A DNA stretch of 64,000 bases from contig JBBIVV010000005.1 of assembly GCA_037439545.1 (NCBI GenBank), forward strand, positions 14,210 through 78,209. Reading direction: 5' to 3'. Below are positions 10,648 through 20,860 of this stretch, piece after piece. Each line of letters starts with the position of its first letter. Position 1 is the first letter of the stretch. This DNA comes from a bacterium (lineage in GTDB: Bacteria > JAMCPX01). Position numbers and translations under genes: made by a program. The notes under the pieces are model-generated. The model saw only the letters and a program-made list of their open reading frames with translations. It was not told where the DNA came from and made no database searches.

Positions 10648-10724
10648 TTAACCAGAAAAAAGTAACAGGAAAGTTTGCTCATTCGCTCAAACTCTCCTGT
10701 TTACAAATGCATTTTTCGGGTTAA
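10648..10724. repeat. Long imperfect hairpin downstream of mtnA (terminator or small palindromic element)
   Basis: Outer arms TTAACCAGAAAAA / TTTTTCGGGTTAA and inner arms ACAGGAAAGTTTG / CAAACTCTCCTGT. Confidence 0.55.
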
Positions 10725-10738
10725 CCGCTGTACGAGGC

Positions 10739-11779
10739 TTATTGAAACAGTTTTTTAATGCTCTTTACGTAAGGCCGGAAAAGAACACCTTTTTCCGTTA
10801 TTATTGCCGTGATGTATTTTGCAGGAGTCACATCGAAAGCCGGGTTCATGACTTTGACACCTTCGGGTGCAATGGATTTACCCGCGATGGTTATAACTTC
10901 TTTGTGCGGCCTTTCTTCTATAATGATCTCCTTACCGGATGAAATGCCCGGATCGAACGTGGATGAAGGTGCAGCAACATAAAATGGGATGCCGTGCGTG
11001 TGAGCAAGGACCGCAACGCTGTAGGTGCCGATCTTGTTCGCAACATCCCCATTCCCTGCAATCCTGTCGGCTCCGACTATGCAGGCATGTATGAGTCCCT
11101 GTTTCATCATCCATCCTGCCATATTGTCCGTAATGAGCGTAACGTCAAAGCCGTCCTGCAGAAGTTCCCATGCAGTGAGGCGTGCACCCTGCAAAAACGG
11201 CCTTGTTTCGTCGGCAAAGACCTTGAGTTTTTTGCCCGAAGCTTTTGCGGAACGCAGAACACCGAGTGCTGTGCCGTATCCTGCAGTCGCCAGTGAACCT
11301 GCATTGCAATGGGTGAGAACGGTCCATCCATTTTTGATGAGTCTTTCGCCGAAATCCCCCATCTTTTTGTTCGCTTCTATATCCTCATGATATATATGAA
11401 GCGCCTCTGTAGAGAGCCTTCCTGTAATCGAAGCAGGCGAAGACATTGCAGTTTTTGCAACACCGAGCATCCTTTTGACGGCCCATGATAAATTGTGCGC
11501 AGTCGGCCGTGCATCTATAAGATGTTTCCCCATCTTTTCAAGGACCGTCAGGTATTTTTTCCGGTCTTTTATTTTTACCGACCTTGCACCAAGCCATACG
11601 CCGAATGCGGCTGTCACGCCTATTGCGGGCGCGCCCCTTACCGCCATATGCTTTATAATGTCATGGGCGTCTCTGTATGTTCTCATCTTTATGTATTGCT
11701 TCTGTGCAGGCAGAAGTCTTTGATCCAGGACAAGTACATGGTTTTTTTTCGGCAGAATGGTATAAAACGGCATCTTCAT
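10739..11779 (-). CDS. mtnA: S-methyl-5-thioribose-1-phosphate isomerase
   Basis: LDQRLLP, VRGAPAIG, ARPTA.NL, LTHCNAGSLAT, ETRPFLQGARLTAWEL and NPAFDVTP motifs. Confidence 0.95.
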   Translation of the reverse strand: MKMPFYTILPKKNHVLVLDQRLLPAQKQYIKMRTYRDAHDIIKHMAVRGAPAIGVTAAFGVWLGARSVKIKDRKKYLTVLEKMGKHLIDARPTAHNLSWAVKRMLGVAKTAMSSPASITGRLSTEALHIYHEDIEANKKMGDFGERLIKNGWTVLTHCNAGSLATAGYGTALGVLRSAKASGKKLKVFADETRPFLQGARLTAWELLQDGFDVTLITDNMAGWMMKQGLIHACIVGADRIAGNGDVANKIGTYSVAVLAHTHGIPFYVAAPSSTFDPGISSGKEIIIEERPHKEVITIAGKSIAPEGVKVMNPAFDVTPAKYITAIITEKGVLFRPYVKSIKKLFQ

Positions 11780-14493
11780 TTGAATAAATTCTCCAGAGCT
11801 TTACTGCCTTTGTTTTTTATGTCCTGCAGATTCTTATTCTGTTCTATCTGCTTGAGCTGGCTGTTGGTATTGAGCTCCTTGTTCAGTTGTTTGTTGAGCT
11901 CCTGAATAACCTGTTTTTTTGCAGCTTCTTTGAGTCTTTGCTGAAAGACCTCCTGATCGAGGGTGAGTAAGGGCTTTCTTATGTCGCCGGTCAATAGAAA
12001 AGGTATCTCGACCTGTCCATGTTCATCCTTGATGAGCTGTCCCGTAGTTCCGCCTATCCTTCCCGATAAGGGCTTCGATAAAACTCCTATGCCCCGGTAA
12101 TTCAGGTTTCCGTCGAGATCAAAATACCCGGTCGAGCTTACGACAAGGTCATTGCTTGAAAGTTTTGTGTCTTTTGAAGTTACTTTCCCATGATCGACAG
12201 CAGCGGTAAGTTTGAGGGTGCTGAACTTCGTCGTTCTGCCGGCACCCAGGCTTGCAATCTTGGCAATGTCGGTAAGCTTTGACAATAGTGAGAACGTTTT
12301 TATTTCTCCGTCTGTTACGGTAATAACGCCATTGCCGGAAACCGTCCGCTTGAGATCTTCCGCATTTCCGTTCAGGGCAATGTCCGTTCCAAGTCTGCCG
12401 GACATCACGTCTTTGTATGAGGTGAATGTATTCAACATGTCTCCGAGATTCAATCCGGTTGTTTTCAACCGGACATTGTAAGGCTCGGCGCCTTTCATGC
12501 CGACCGTACCGTTTGCCGCGATACTGCCCGAAAATGTCTTTACGTTGAATTTCTCCAGAATAATGCTGCCTTTTACGATCCTCGCCGCTGCACTCATGTC
12601 CGTGAACGCCGCTTTCTTTACGATGCCCTTTTGAACATGTGCAAGAACCGTCAGATTCGCTTTATCAATAAGGGAAGGCTGCTCCGGTGCTTTTGCCTTC
12701 TCCGTCTGTTTCGGCTGTTCTGCGTGCTTCTGCTGTTTTGATTCAGGGAGGAGTTCATCGACATTCAGATACGGCGAGGTAATATCGAGCTTCCCCTGTG
12801 GTGCGGAAAAATCGTTTATACTGCCGTTCGCTTTTATCGTTGACTGTCCGACCTGCACACTCATTGATTTCAATGCAATGCTGTTACGGGTAAAAGACGC
12901 ATCCATGTCAAGGGACTTTAAGGGCTTTTGCAGGGACGCAATGACTGCCGAAACATTTTTAACCTGCAGTCTTCCCTGGACAGCAAGCTCCTTCGGCTTC
13001 TTGAACGCACCTTGAGCCGCAGCCGAGAGTGCAAAACTACCCGCTGCATTGTATGACTTTATCATGGGAATAACGTCCTGCAGCGATTGTACCTGTATCT
13101 CGTTTGTATGGAGTCCGATGTTCCCGTTCATATCTCCGGAAGTAACTACGCTTCCCGCAGCATCCAATGCGAGCCTGTCAAGGATGAATTTTATATCCTT
13201 TATGTCTACGGCATCCCCGTGCTTCGAGATGTCATAGGACAAACTCAATGGTACAGAGGTGGGTTTAAAAAATATTTTCTGGTAGGTTATCTTTGCCTTT
13301 GAAAGGTCGATACTTCCGTTTATTCCCATGCCGCCGCTGTTCGTGCTTATCGTTGTAGTAATGCTCCCGTCTCCGTTGATAGTTACCTCTTTCGGCAGGG
13401 ATTTTTCCATGGGGCTGTAAAACTCTATCAACTTATCCAGCGATAAGGTTCTCGAGAAAAAATTTACGTTGACTCTTTTCGTAGAAATAGCGGCGCTGCC
13501 CTTTACCCCGAGGTTAATACCGTCAGATTGAAGGGTAACATCCTTTATGTTCAGAACCATTTCCCTCGGTGTAAACTCCAGGTCATTGCTTATGGAAAAC
13601 GGGCTCACCGTCCCATTGGTAAGGGCAAGTCCCGAGAGTTCTATCTTTCCGTTTATATCCATGATGCCCGAAGACCCTGAGTTCAGTTTCTCCTCGACGT
13701 CAAGCGTGCCGGAACTCACTGTCTGGGCTTTTACCCCTGCAAGAGACAATACATACGGTATATCGATGTGCTTTAACGAGATAATTATGTTAAGCGGTAA
13801 TTTTTCCATAGAGATCCGCTGTCCGGTCGGGCCGACATCTCCGTTTATATCGAGCCGTGCGTCCTTTAATTTATCGAACGAAACGCCGAGCGTGACCTTG
13901 AACGCTTTATTAACGTTAAAACCGTATACCCCGAGATTTATATGATTTAACCCGTAGGTATGTTCTTTCCCGTGTTCAATGTTCGTTATATCAATTACCC
14001 CGTCAGTCACTGCGAGTTTATCGAGAGAAAATCCTTCAGGTATGCCTGAAGAAGTTGTTTGTGTTATTTTTTCGGGCTTTTTCTCAGTTTTTTCCTCCGG
14101 TTTTTTTAGCAGATCCGAGAAATTATAGGTTCCATCGGGGTATCTTTTGATGTTTATCTCGGGTTTTGTCAGTATCACCTTGCTGATGGAAATTTCTTTT
14201 CTCAGCAGCGGCAGCAATTTAACCCCGACATCTATGTCATCGACGGAAACGAAAGAAGCTTTCGCAGGGGCCTTCTCTGCAACTGCAACGCCCCTTAATT
14301 CAACGCCAAGACCTGTCAGTATGGTCAATCTCAAATGCTCTATGGAAACCTGCCTGCCGATAGCCTTGCTTGCAGGGCCGGTTATCTTATTGATGTACTT
14401 GTCAAGATTGATGACAAAAGGCAGCACAAGCAGGATAGCGATAATTACAATCAGTGTTATACCTGAATAGGTTAAGATTTTTTTTAGCTTCAT
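11776..14493 (-). CDS. AsmA-family (lipid-bridge-like) envelope protein
   Basis: 905 aa with N-terminal TM anchor, VKLLPLL..I.I..V.L.KPEINIKR..DG.YNFSDL motif and a beta-rich body. ATGA overlaps with gatB and mtnA. Confidence 0.85.
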   Translation of the reverse strand: MKLKKILTYSGITLIVIIAILLVLPFVINLDKYINKITGPASKAIGRQVSIEHLRLTILTGLGVELRGVAVAEKAPAKASFVSVDDIDVGVKLLPLLRKEISISKVILTKPEINIKRYPDGTYNFSDLLKKPEEKTEKKPEKITQTTSSGIPEGFSLDKLAVTDGVIDITNIEHGKEHTYGLNHINLGVYGFNVNKAFKVTLGVSFDKLKDARLDINGDVGPTGQRISMEKLPLNIIISLKHIDIPYVLSLAGVKAQTVSSGTLDVEEKLNSGSSGIMDINGKIELSGLALTNGTVSPFSISNDLEFTPREMVLNIKDVTLQSDGINLGVKGSAAISTKRVNVNFFSRTLSLDKLIEFYSPMEKSLPKEVTINGDGSITTTISTNSGGMGINGSIDLSKAKITYQKIFFKPTSVPLSLSYDISKHGDAVDIKDIKFILDRLALDAAGSVVTSGDMNGNIGLHTNEIQVQSLQDVIPMIKSYNAAGSFALSAAAQGAFKKPKELAVQGRLQVKNVSAVIASLQKPLKSLDMDASFTRNSIALKSMSVQVGQSTIKANGSINDFSAPQGKLDITSPYLNVDELLPESKQQKHAEQPKQTEKAKAPEQPSLIDKANLTVLAHVQKGIVKKAAFTDMSAAARIVKGSIILEKFNVKTFSGSIAANGTVGMKGAEPYNVRLKTTGLNLGDMLNTFTSYKDVMSGRLGTDIALNGNAEDLKRTVSGNGVITVTDGEIKTFSLLSKLTDIAKIASLGAGRTTKFSTLKLTAAVDHGKVTSKDTKLSSNDLVVSSTGYFDLDGNLNYRGIGVLSKPLSGRIGGTTGQLIKDEHGQVEIPFLLTGDIRKPLLTLDQEVFQQRLKEAAKKQVIQELNKQLNKELNTNSQLKQIEQNKNLQDIKNKGSKALENLFK

Positions 14494-15926
14494 TTGTGTT
14501 CCTCTTTTAATAATTTTTTTAATAATTCATTTACAATGGCCGGGTTTGCCTTACCGGCAGTTACCTTCATGACCTGCCCTACAAAAAACCCAAACACCTT
14601 GTCTTTGCCGGCACGATACTGTTCTACCTCTTTTTTGTTCTTTGCCATTATAGACAGGATAGCATCCCTTATTGCCGGTTCGTCCGATATCTGCTCCAGT
14701 CCGAGCTCCTTGATAAGACCATCGGGGTCTTTCCCCGTCAACACCATCTGTTCATAAACGGTTTTGGCAATCTTTCCGCTTATCGTTCCATCGTCGACAA
14801 GACCCAAGAGCCTCGCTGTTTGAGGAGGCATAACTTTGAAGCTTTTTATGCCGGTATCGATGTCCTTTATGAATCTCAGCATCTCGCTCATGATCCAGTT
14901 GCTGACGGTCTTTGGCTTATTGAATAATCGAACAGCGGTCTCAAAATAGTCCGCAAGGTCTCTTGATGCTGTGAGCACCTCCGCATCATACGGCGGGAGG
15001 TTGTAATCTGAAACAAACCGTTTTGCTTTTGTATCGGGCAGTTCCGGAACGCCTCTGCGTGCCTCCTCCAGAAGTTCTTCGTTTACTTCAAGGGTAAGAA
15101 GATCCGGTTCGGGAAAATATCTATAGTCATGAGCCTCTTCTTTTGATCGCATCGACCTGGATATGTTTGCGGTCTCATCCCATAGCCTTGTTTCCTGCAC
15201 TATGCTGCCGCCGTCGTCCAGTATGTCCATCTGCCTTTTTATTTCATAGTCGAGGGCTTTATGGATAAACCTGAAAGAGTTCATGTTCTTCAGTTCCGCT
15301 TTTACGCCAAGCTGCGTATCTCCTTTTGGTCTTACAGAAACGTTCGCATCACAGCGGAGGGATCCTTCCTCCATATTACCGTCGCATATACCGAGATAAA
15401 GGAGTATGGTCCTCAGTTTTTTAAGATACGCAACGGCCTCGTCCGGTGTCGACATATCAGGCTCCGAAACAATTTCCACCAGCGGAATGCCCGACCTGTT
15501 AAAATCGACGAAGCTCGTTCCGTCCTGATTGTGCATGAGCTTTCCTGCATCTTCTTCTATGTGTATGCGGTTGAGTCTTATATCCTTGCTCGTGCCGTTT
15601 ATCTGGATGTTTAGTATACCGTTTTTATTGATAGGCAGTTCATACTGGGAAATCTGATAGCCCTTTGGCAGATCAGGATAAAAATAGTTTTTCCGGGCAA
15701 AAACACTGTTTTTTGAAATAGTGCCTTGCACTGCTATTGCGAGCATGCATGCGTATAAAACAATATTTCTGTTCAGCACCGGCAGTACACCCGGCATACC
15801 GAGACACACAGGACATACATTTATATTCGGCTCCAATGCAAACACAGTCGAACATCCACAGAATGTCTTGGTCTGTGTCTTCAACTGTGCGTGAATCTCA
15901 AGTCCTATAACCGCTTCATATTCCAT
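14490..15926 (-). CDS. gatB: Asp-tRNA(Asn)/Glu-tRNA(Gln) amidotransferase subunit B
   Basis: VIGLEIHAQL, RKNYFYPDLPKGYQISQ, HIEEDAGK, DYRYFPEPDL and FFVGQVMK motifs. Start 15926 follows GAGG. Confidence 0.96.
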   Translation of the reverse strand: MEYEAVIGLEIHAQLKTQTKTFCGCSTVFALEPNINVCPVCLGMPGVLPVLNRNIVLYACMLAIAVQGTISKNSVFARKNYFYPDLPKGYQISQYELPINKNGILNIQINGTSKDIRLNRIHIEEDAGKLMHNQDGTSFVDFNRSGIPLVEIVSEPDMSTPDEAVAYLKKLRTILLYLGICDGNMEEGSLRCDANVSVRPKGDTQLGVKAELKNMNSFRFIHKALDYEIKRQMDILDDGGSIVQETRLWDETANISRSMRSKEEAHDYRYFPEPDLLTLEVNEELLEEARRGVPELPDTKAKRFVSDYNLPPYDAEVLTASRDLADYFETAVRLFNKPKTVSNWIMSEMLRFIKDIDTGIKSFKVMPPQTARLLGLVDDGTISGKIAKTVYEQMVLTGKDPDGLIKELGLEQISDEPAIRDAILSIMAKNKKEVEQYRAGKDKVFGFFVGQVMKVTAGKANPAIVNELLKKLLKEEHK

Positions 15927-15998
15927 GAACAACCTCAACTATTTTTATTGATGCACATAGTTACATGTTTTTTATTTTAAATCAACGAAGAAAGCGAT

Positions 15999-16270
15999 CT
16001 ATAAACGCACTTGCTTTGGCCAAAAAAATGCAACAACCTGAAAAATACCTCTTAAATTGGGGAGCGTCTTGCCTTTTGTCAAAAGGGTATTAAGAAATCG
16101 GACATTTATGAACAACCCGGTACCGAGTAAAACAGCGGCCAGCAGCCATACAGCCCTGTACCCTGCAAGAGCGGCGATACCTCCGCCTGCCAGAGAACCG
16201 ATAATGGCCGCGGCACCGCTCAAAGGGTTGTACAGCCCCATTGCCTCGCCTTCACCTATGGGAAAGAAAA
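15999..16270 (-). pseudogene. 3' fragment of an MFS transporter (last two TM helices)
   Basis: Frame reads PIGEGEAMGLYN..GAAAIIGSLAGGGIAALAGYRAVWLLAAVLL, resembling an MFS C-terminus. An in-frame stop lies just upstream and there is no N-terminal part. Confidence 0.6.
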
Positions 16271-16409
16271 CCCATAGCCCAGCTCAAGGAATGCCTCTAC
16301 GAGATTCGACAATTGTTTGACTTGAGGTTCGAAATGAAGGAAACTTAATATGCTTCATACACAATTTTAAGGGGTAGTCTCGCCTCTGCCGGAGAGGTGA
16401 TAAAATCGG

Positions 16410-16433
16410 AGGGGCGGTTCGTAAACCGCCCTT
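16410..16433. repeat. REP-like palindrome GGGC-N12-GCCC (copy 1)
   Basis: AGGGGCGGTTCGTAAACCGCCCTT. Confidence 0.65.
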
Positions 16434-16542
16434 TAACGGTTACGCTGGCCGTGGTTTCTCCATCGGGATATGCTTGCAAAATCTCCCGCTTTGGCATATC
16501 CTGCTCATAAGTGCACGACTCTTAAAAAAAGGAGGGATGCAT

Positions 16543-18462
16543 ATGACAAGATATTCCCGGGATCATCCGGCAGGCGAACCCATCACCGATATCAAGGAAG
16601 ATTATGGACATGTAAAAAGGATGAACAGGCTGTACAATGTCCTGAGCAAGATAAATGGATTCATAATCAGAGTCAATAACATCAACGAATTGTTAGAGAG
16701 TATTTGTCCGATCATAGTTGATGACGGAGGGTTTAAATTTGCATGGATCGGCATCCTGGACAAGGAAACAAAAGAGATAAGACTTGCTGCACTATGGGGC
16801 GAGGGTGAAGCTTATATAAGAGATTTGAAATTCTCCATACAACCGGACCTGCCCGGGGGCACGAGTCCCACGGGAACCGCAATAAGGGAAAACCGCATCG
16901 TATCAAGCGATGACATCGAGCACGATGCCAGGATGCTGAACTGGAGAAGAAGGGCACTGACTTTCGGCTTCAAGGCATACGCAGCCATACCGATAAGCAT
17001 GGATAACGAGGTAATAGGTGCGGTTACCCTGTATGCAGACACACCGTTCACCTTTGGAAAAGAAGAAATACGCCTGCTCGAGGAGATTGCCGGAGACATA
17101 TCCTTTGCCATGGGGAATACCGCCAAGCTTCTGAAAGCAAAGTATACGCTTATTTTCGATCCCCTGACCGGTTTGCTGACCCGGGAACATATACTGCAGG
17201 AGCTACAGAGGCTTATAGAGAGTTCATCTCAATCCGGAGAACGGTTAACCTTCATAGTTATGGATATCGACAGATTCAAAAGTGTAAACGAGTCCATAGG
17301 TTACGCAAAGGGTGACCTCCTATTAAAGGAGATCGCAAAAAAGCTCGCTTCTGTAATAAAAACCCCCAATATGCTTGGCAGGATTAGCGCCGATGAGTTC
17401 GCGGTCATAGGGTGCGACATAAAGGACGATGAATCCATATACAGGACGATAGAAAACATAAACACCGCCTTTTCAAAACCTCTTGCGACAGGCAGTGAAG
17501 AGGTACTCATAACCTTCAGCATGGGTATATCCCTCTATCCTGATGACGGCAGCACTGGTGAAGAATTGATAAAGCTTGCCGAGGCATCGCTTTCCCAGGC
17601 AAAAAAATTGGGTACAAACAGCCTCGTAACCTACTCCCCTGCAATCAACAAGAGGCTTTCAGAGATCATAAAGATGAAGAACAAGCTGATAAAGGCATTA
17701 GAGAACCATGAGTTCATCGTGTACTACGAGCCAAAGATAAATATTCAGACCAATACACTCTCTGGTGTAGAGGCACTTTTACGGTGGCAGGACCCTGAAG
17801 AGGGACTGGTGAGGCCTACAAGGTTCGTGCCGATCCTTGAAGAAACGGGTATGATCCTGAAAGTCGGGCAATGGGTACTGAAAGAAGCCTCGAAACAGGT
17901 GCAGCAATGGAGCAAGAAAGGGTATAACTTTAAGCTTGCAGTCAACATATCGGCTGCACAGTTGGAGCAGGATGATTTTGCAAGTATGATAATAATGGAA
18001 ATAAAAGATACAGGCCTGAATCCGTCTAATCTTGAACTCGAAATAACCGAAAGCCTGTTGATGAAAAATGTGGAAAGGAATATAGAAAAAATTCTGCAGG
18101 TAAAGGACTACGGTATTGCGGTATCCATTGACGACTTCGGCACCGGATACTCCTCCCTTGCGTACCTTAAAAGACTACCGATAAACACTTTGAAGATAGA
18201 TATCTCTTTCATAAAAACTCTGCCGGATGACAAAGAAACAGCCAAGATTATCGAGACAATAATCTCCCTTGCCGGTGTTTTCAACCTTAAGACTATTGCA
18301 GAAGGCATAGACTCACAAGAGCAGATTAATTTCCTGAAAAAGGCAGGGTGCGACGAAGTGCAGGGCTACTATTTTACGAAGCCCCTGCCAGCAAAGAAAT
18401 TCGAGGAATTTATGGCAAACTTTCACAGAGATTTTTCTGACCCTGCGGGATCAAAATCTTAA
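16543..18462 (+). CDS. GAF-GGDEF(degenerate)-EAL protein, probable c-di-GMP phosphodiesterase
   Basis: N-terminal GAF domain and DPLTGL. GGDEF is replaced by SADEF. EALLRW, ELEITES, DDFGTGYSSL, KID, AEG and QGYYF are intact. AGGAGG lies 7 nt before ATG 16543. Confidence 0.92.
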   Translation: MTRYSRDHPAGEPITDIKEDYGHVKRMNRLYNVLSKINGFIIRVNNINELLESICPIIVDDGGFKFAWIGILDKETKEIRLAALWGEGEAYIRDLKFSIQPDLPGGTSPTGTAIRENRIVSSDDIEHDARMLNWRRRALTFGFKAYAAIPISMDNEVIGAVTLYADTPFTFGKEEIRLLEEIAGDISFAMGNTAKLLKAKYTLIFDPLTGLLTREHILQELQRLIESSSQSGERLTFIVMDIDRFKSVNESIGYAKGDLLLKEIAKKLASVIKTPNMLGRISADEFAVIGCDIKDDESIYRTIENINTAFSKPLATGSEEVLITFSMGISLYPDDGSTGEELIKLAEASLSQAKKLGTNSLVTYSPAINKRLSEIIKMKNKLIKALENHEFIVYYEPKINIQTNTLSGVEALLRWQDPEEGLVRPTRFVPILEETGMILKVGQWVLKEASKQVQQWSKKGYNFKLAVNISAAQLEQDDFASMIIMEIKDTGLNPSNLELEITESLLMKNVERNIEKILQVKDYGIAVSIDDFGTGYSSLAYLKRLPINTLKIDISFIKTLPDDKETAKIIETIISLAGVFNLKTIAEGIDSQEQINFLKKAGCDEVQGYYFTKPLPAKKFEEFMANFHRDFSDPAGSKS

Positions 18463-18477
18463 CAGGAGGGTACAACC

Positions 18478-19467
18478 ATGAAAATACCGGCAAAATACTG
18501 TAAAAAAGAAAACAATAACAGAGTCAGGTGCATTCTGTGCCCTTACGATTGTTTGATAGGGGATGGACACAGGGGGGTTTGTGGTATCAGACGCAATGAA
18601 AACGGCGTCCTTATGGCGGAAACATACAATAGTGTCAGTGCCATGCACCTTGATCCCATAGAAAAAAAGCCGCTGTATCAGTTCTATCCCGGCTCATCCA
18701 TCCTGTCCGTCGGTACTATCGGATGCAGCTTCCACTGCATGTTCTGCCAGAACTGGGAGCTCGTGGAAGGCGAGGTTTCCACACACGAGATTACCAAGGA
18801 ACAGTTATATGTTTATGCCGTGGACATGGATTCCATCGGCATCGCCTATACGTACAATGAACCTTTTATATGGTTCGAGTTTATCTATGATACTGCAAAG
18901 TTTTTTCATGAAAAGGGCATGGTAAACGTACTTGTGACGAACGGGTTTGTCAATCCGGGACCCCTTGAAGAACTTGCCCCCCACATCGATGCAATGAACA
19001 TAGACCTGAAAGCGCTGGACGATGATTTCTATAAAAGGTTGTGCAAGGGCAAGTTAGACCCTGTGAAACATACCATTGAATACGTAATAAAAAAGGGCAT
19101 ACACGTTGAGTTAACCAACCTGCTTGTGACTGGCTATAATACATCGGAGGATCAAATAAAACGGCTGGTTGATTACGTTGCTTCTCTCGGCAGGGACACG
19201 ATCCTTCATTTTTCCCGTTACTTTCCGAATTACAAGCTCGATGTTCCTGCAACACCGATGGAAGTCCTCGAGTTTGCATATAACTATGCACGTAAGAAGC
19301 TCAACTACGTTTATATGGGCAATGTGATTGACAGCAAGGCAGACAGCACGTACTGTCCGAAGTGCAAGAACCTGTTGATAGAGAGGGTCGGATATACGGT
19401 CAGAGTAACGGGATTGAAAGGGGACACATGTTCGAAATGCGGCGAGCGGATCAATATCAGGATATGA
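18478..19467 (+). CDS. amrS: AmmeMemoRadiSam system radical SAM enzyme
   Basis: N-terminal CxLCPxxC, DPIEKKPLY.FYPG, CSFHCMFCQNW (CxxxCxxC), AYTYNEP and C-terminal CPKC..CSKCG. Confidence 0.9.
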   Translation: MKIPAKYCKKENNNRVRCILCPYDCLIGDGHRGVCGIRRNENGVLMAETYNSVSAMHLDPIEKKPLYQFYPGSSILSVGTIGCSFHCMFCQNWELVEGEVSTHEITKEQLYVYAVDMDSIGIAYTYNEPFIWFEFIYDTAKFFHEKGMVNVLVTNGFVNPGPLEELAPHIDAMNIDLKALDDDFYKRLCKGKLDPVKHTIEYVIKKGIHVELTNLLVTGYNTSEDQIKRLVDYVASLGRDTILHFSRYFPNYKLDVPATPMEVLEFAYNYARKKLNYVYMGNVIDSKADSTYCPKCKNLLIERVGYTVRVTGLKGDTCSKCGERINIRI

Positions 19468-19519
19468 GCAGTCAAGCAAACTTCCCTGTTGTATTTTTCG
19501 GGACAACCTTTAAAACCTC

Positions 19520-20758
19520 ATGAGAATAATAGCGGATCTGCACGTTCACTCCAAATACAGCAGGGCGACCAGCAAGAATATGGACGCCGACAGCATTGCT
19601 TTGTGGGCCAAACGTAAAGGTATAAATCTTGTCGGCACGGGCGATTTTACCCACCCGGCATATCTGAAAGAACTTAAAAAAAGCCTCACTCCATCTGCGC
19701 ACGGTCTTTTCAAACTGAAGAAATCAAAAAGCGGCGTTCATTTTATGCTGACGACGGAGTTAAGCAATATTTACTCCTACAAGGGCAGGACGAGACGCAT
19801 CCATAACATCCTTTTTGCTCCGTCCTTTGAGTCCGTTGACAAAATCACCAAAGCCCTTTCAAAGTTCGGCAGACTTGACTATGACGGAAGACCAATATTC
19901 GGATTCAATGCAAAAGATCTTGTTAAACTTGTTCTGGATGCCTCGGATTTGTGTATGGTAGTTCCGGCACACGCATGGACGCCGTGGTATTCCGTCTTCG
20001 GCTCCAATTCTGGGTTCGATTCCCTTGAAGAATGTTTTGAAGAGCAGGCAGTGCATATCCATGCAATTGAGACAGGTCTGTCGTCCGATCCTCCCATGAA
20101 CTGGAGACTGGGATCTCTCGACGCCATAACCCTTATTTCAAACTCCGATGCACATTCTCCGGAAAAGCTCGGCAGGGAGGCAAACGTATTCGAATGCGAA
20201 ATGTCCTATGAAGACATTATTACGGCCATAAAAAGCAAGGACAAAAACCGTTTTCTCTCTACAATTGAATTTTTTCCCGAAGAAGGGAAATACCATTTTG
20301 ACGGCCACCGCAGCTGCAAGGTCAGCTTTTCTCCGCAGCAAACGAATCAGCATGGCGGGCTGTGTCCTGTCTGCGGCAGACCGTTAACAATCGGCGTTCT
20401 CAACCGTATCGACAAACTCGCTGACAGGAAAGACGGCTTTATACCCGAAAACGCCATTCCGTTCAAACACCTTATTCCCCTGAAGGAGATCATGTCCGAT
20501 GTACTGTCCGTGGGAGTAAATAGTGTGAGAATAAATAAACTTTACACAGAGGTCGTCATAGACAAAAATATACCGGAACTGGACATTTTGCAGGATACTC
20601 CGGAGCATGAATTAAAACGACTGTTTCCGGAGACTATTTTTAATGGAATCATGAAGGTCAGGAATGGATTGGTGGATATCGCACCGGGCTATGACGGCGA
20701 ATACGGCAGAATCGGCATCAAGACGGATACCGGACAAGCATCTCACCATCACTGTTGA
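19520..20758 (+). CDS. Endonuclease Q family (PHP-domain) protein
   Basis: ADLHVHSKYSRATS, GTGDFTHP, PAHAWTPW, ETGLSSDP, SNSDAHS, EGKYHFDGHR.C, CPVCG..LT.GV and PGYDGEYG motifs. Confidence 0.88.
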   Translation: MRIIADLHVHSKYSRATSKNMDADSIALWAKRKGINLVGTGDFTHPAYLKELKKSLTPSAHGLFKLKKSKSGVHFMLTTELSNIYSYKGRTRRIHNILFAPSFESVDKITKALSKFGRLDYDGRPIFGFNAKDLVKLVLDASDLCMVVPAHAWTPWYSVFGSNSGFDSLEECFEEQAVHIHAIETGLSSDPPMNWRLGSLDAITLISNSDAHSPEKLGREANVFECEMSYEDIITAIKSKDKNRFLSTIEFFPEEGKYHFDGHRSCKVSFSPQQTNQHGGLCPVCGRPLTIGVLNRIDKLADRKDGFIPENAIPFKHLIPLKEIMSDVLSVGVNSVRINKLYTEVVIDKNIPELDILQDTPEHELKRLFPETIFNGIMKVRNGLVDIAPGYDGEYGRIGIKTDTGQASHHHC

Positions 20759-20860
20759 TATACCGCAGATCTGATTGACTTGTTCCATGGTTATTATACC
20801 TATTATAAGTAGTATTGAGAATTTTACATGTTTTATAGTTCCCTATCCAAGGAGGAAAAG

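Noticed and set aside
16350..16540. Possible c-di-GMP or other riboswitch upstream of the GGDEF-EAL gene
   Set aside because: Hairpins are present, but I could not match the conserved GEMM motifs. The main hairpin is better explained as a member of the GGGC-N12-GCCC family.
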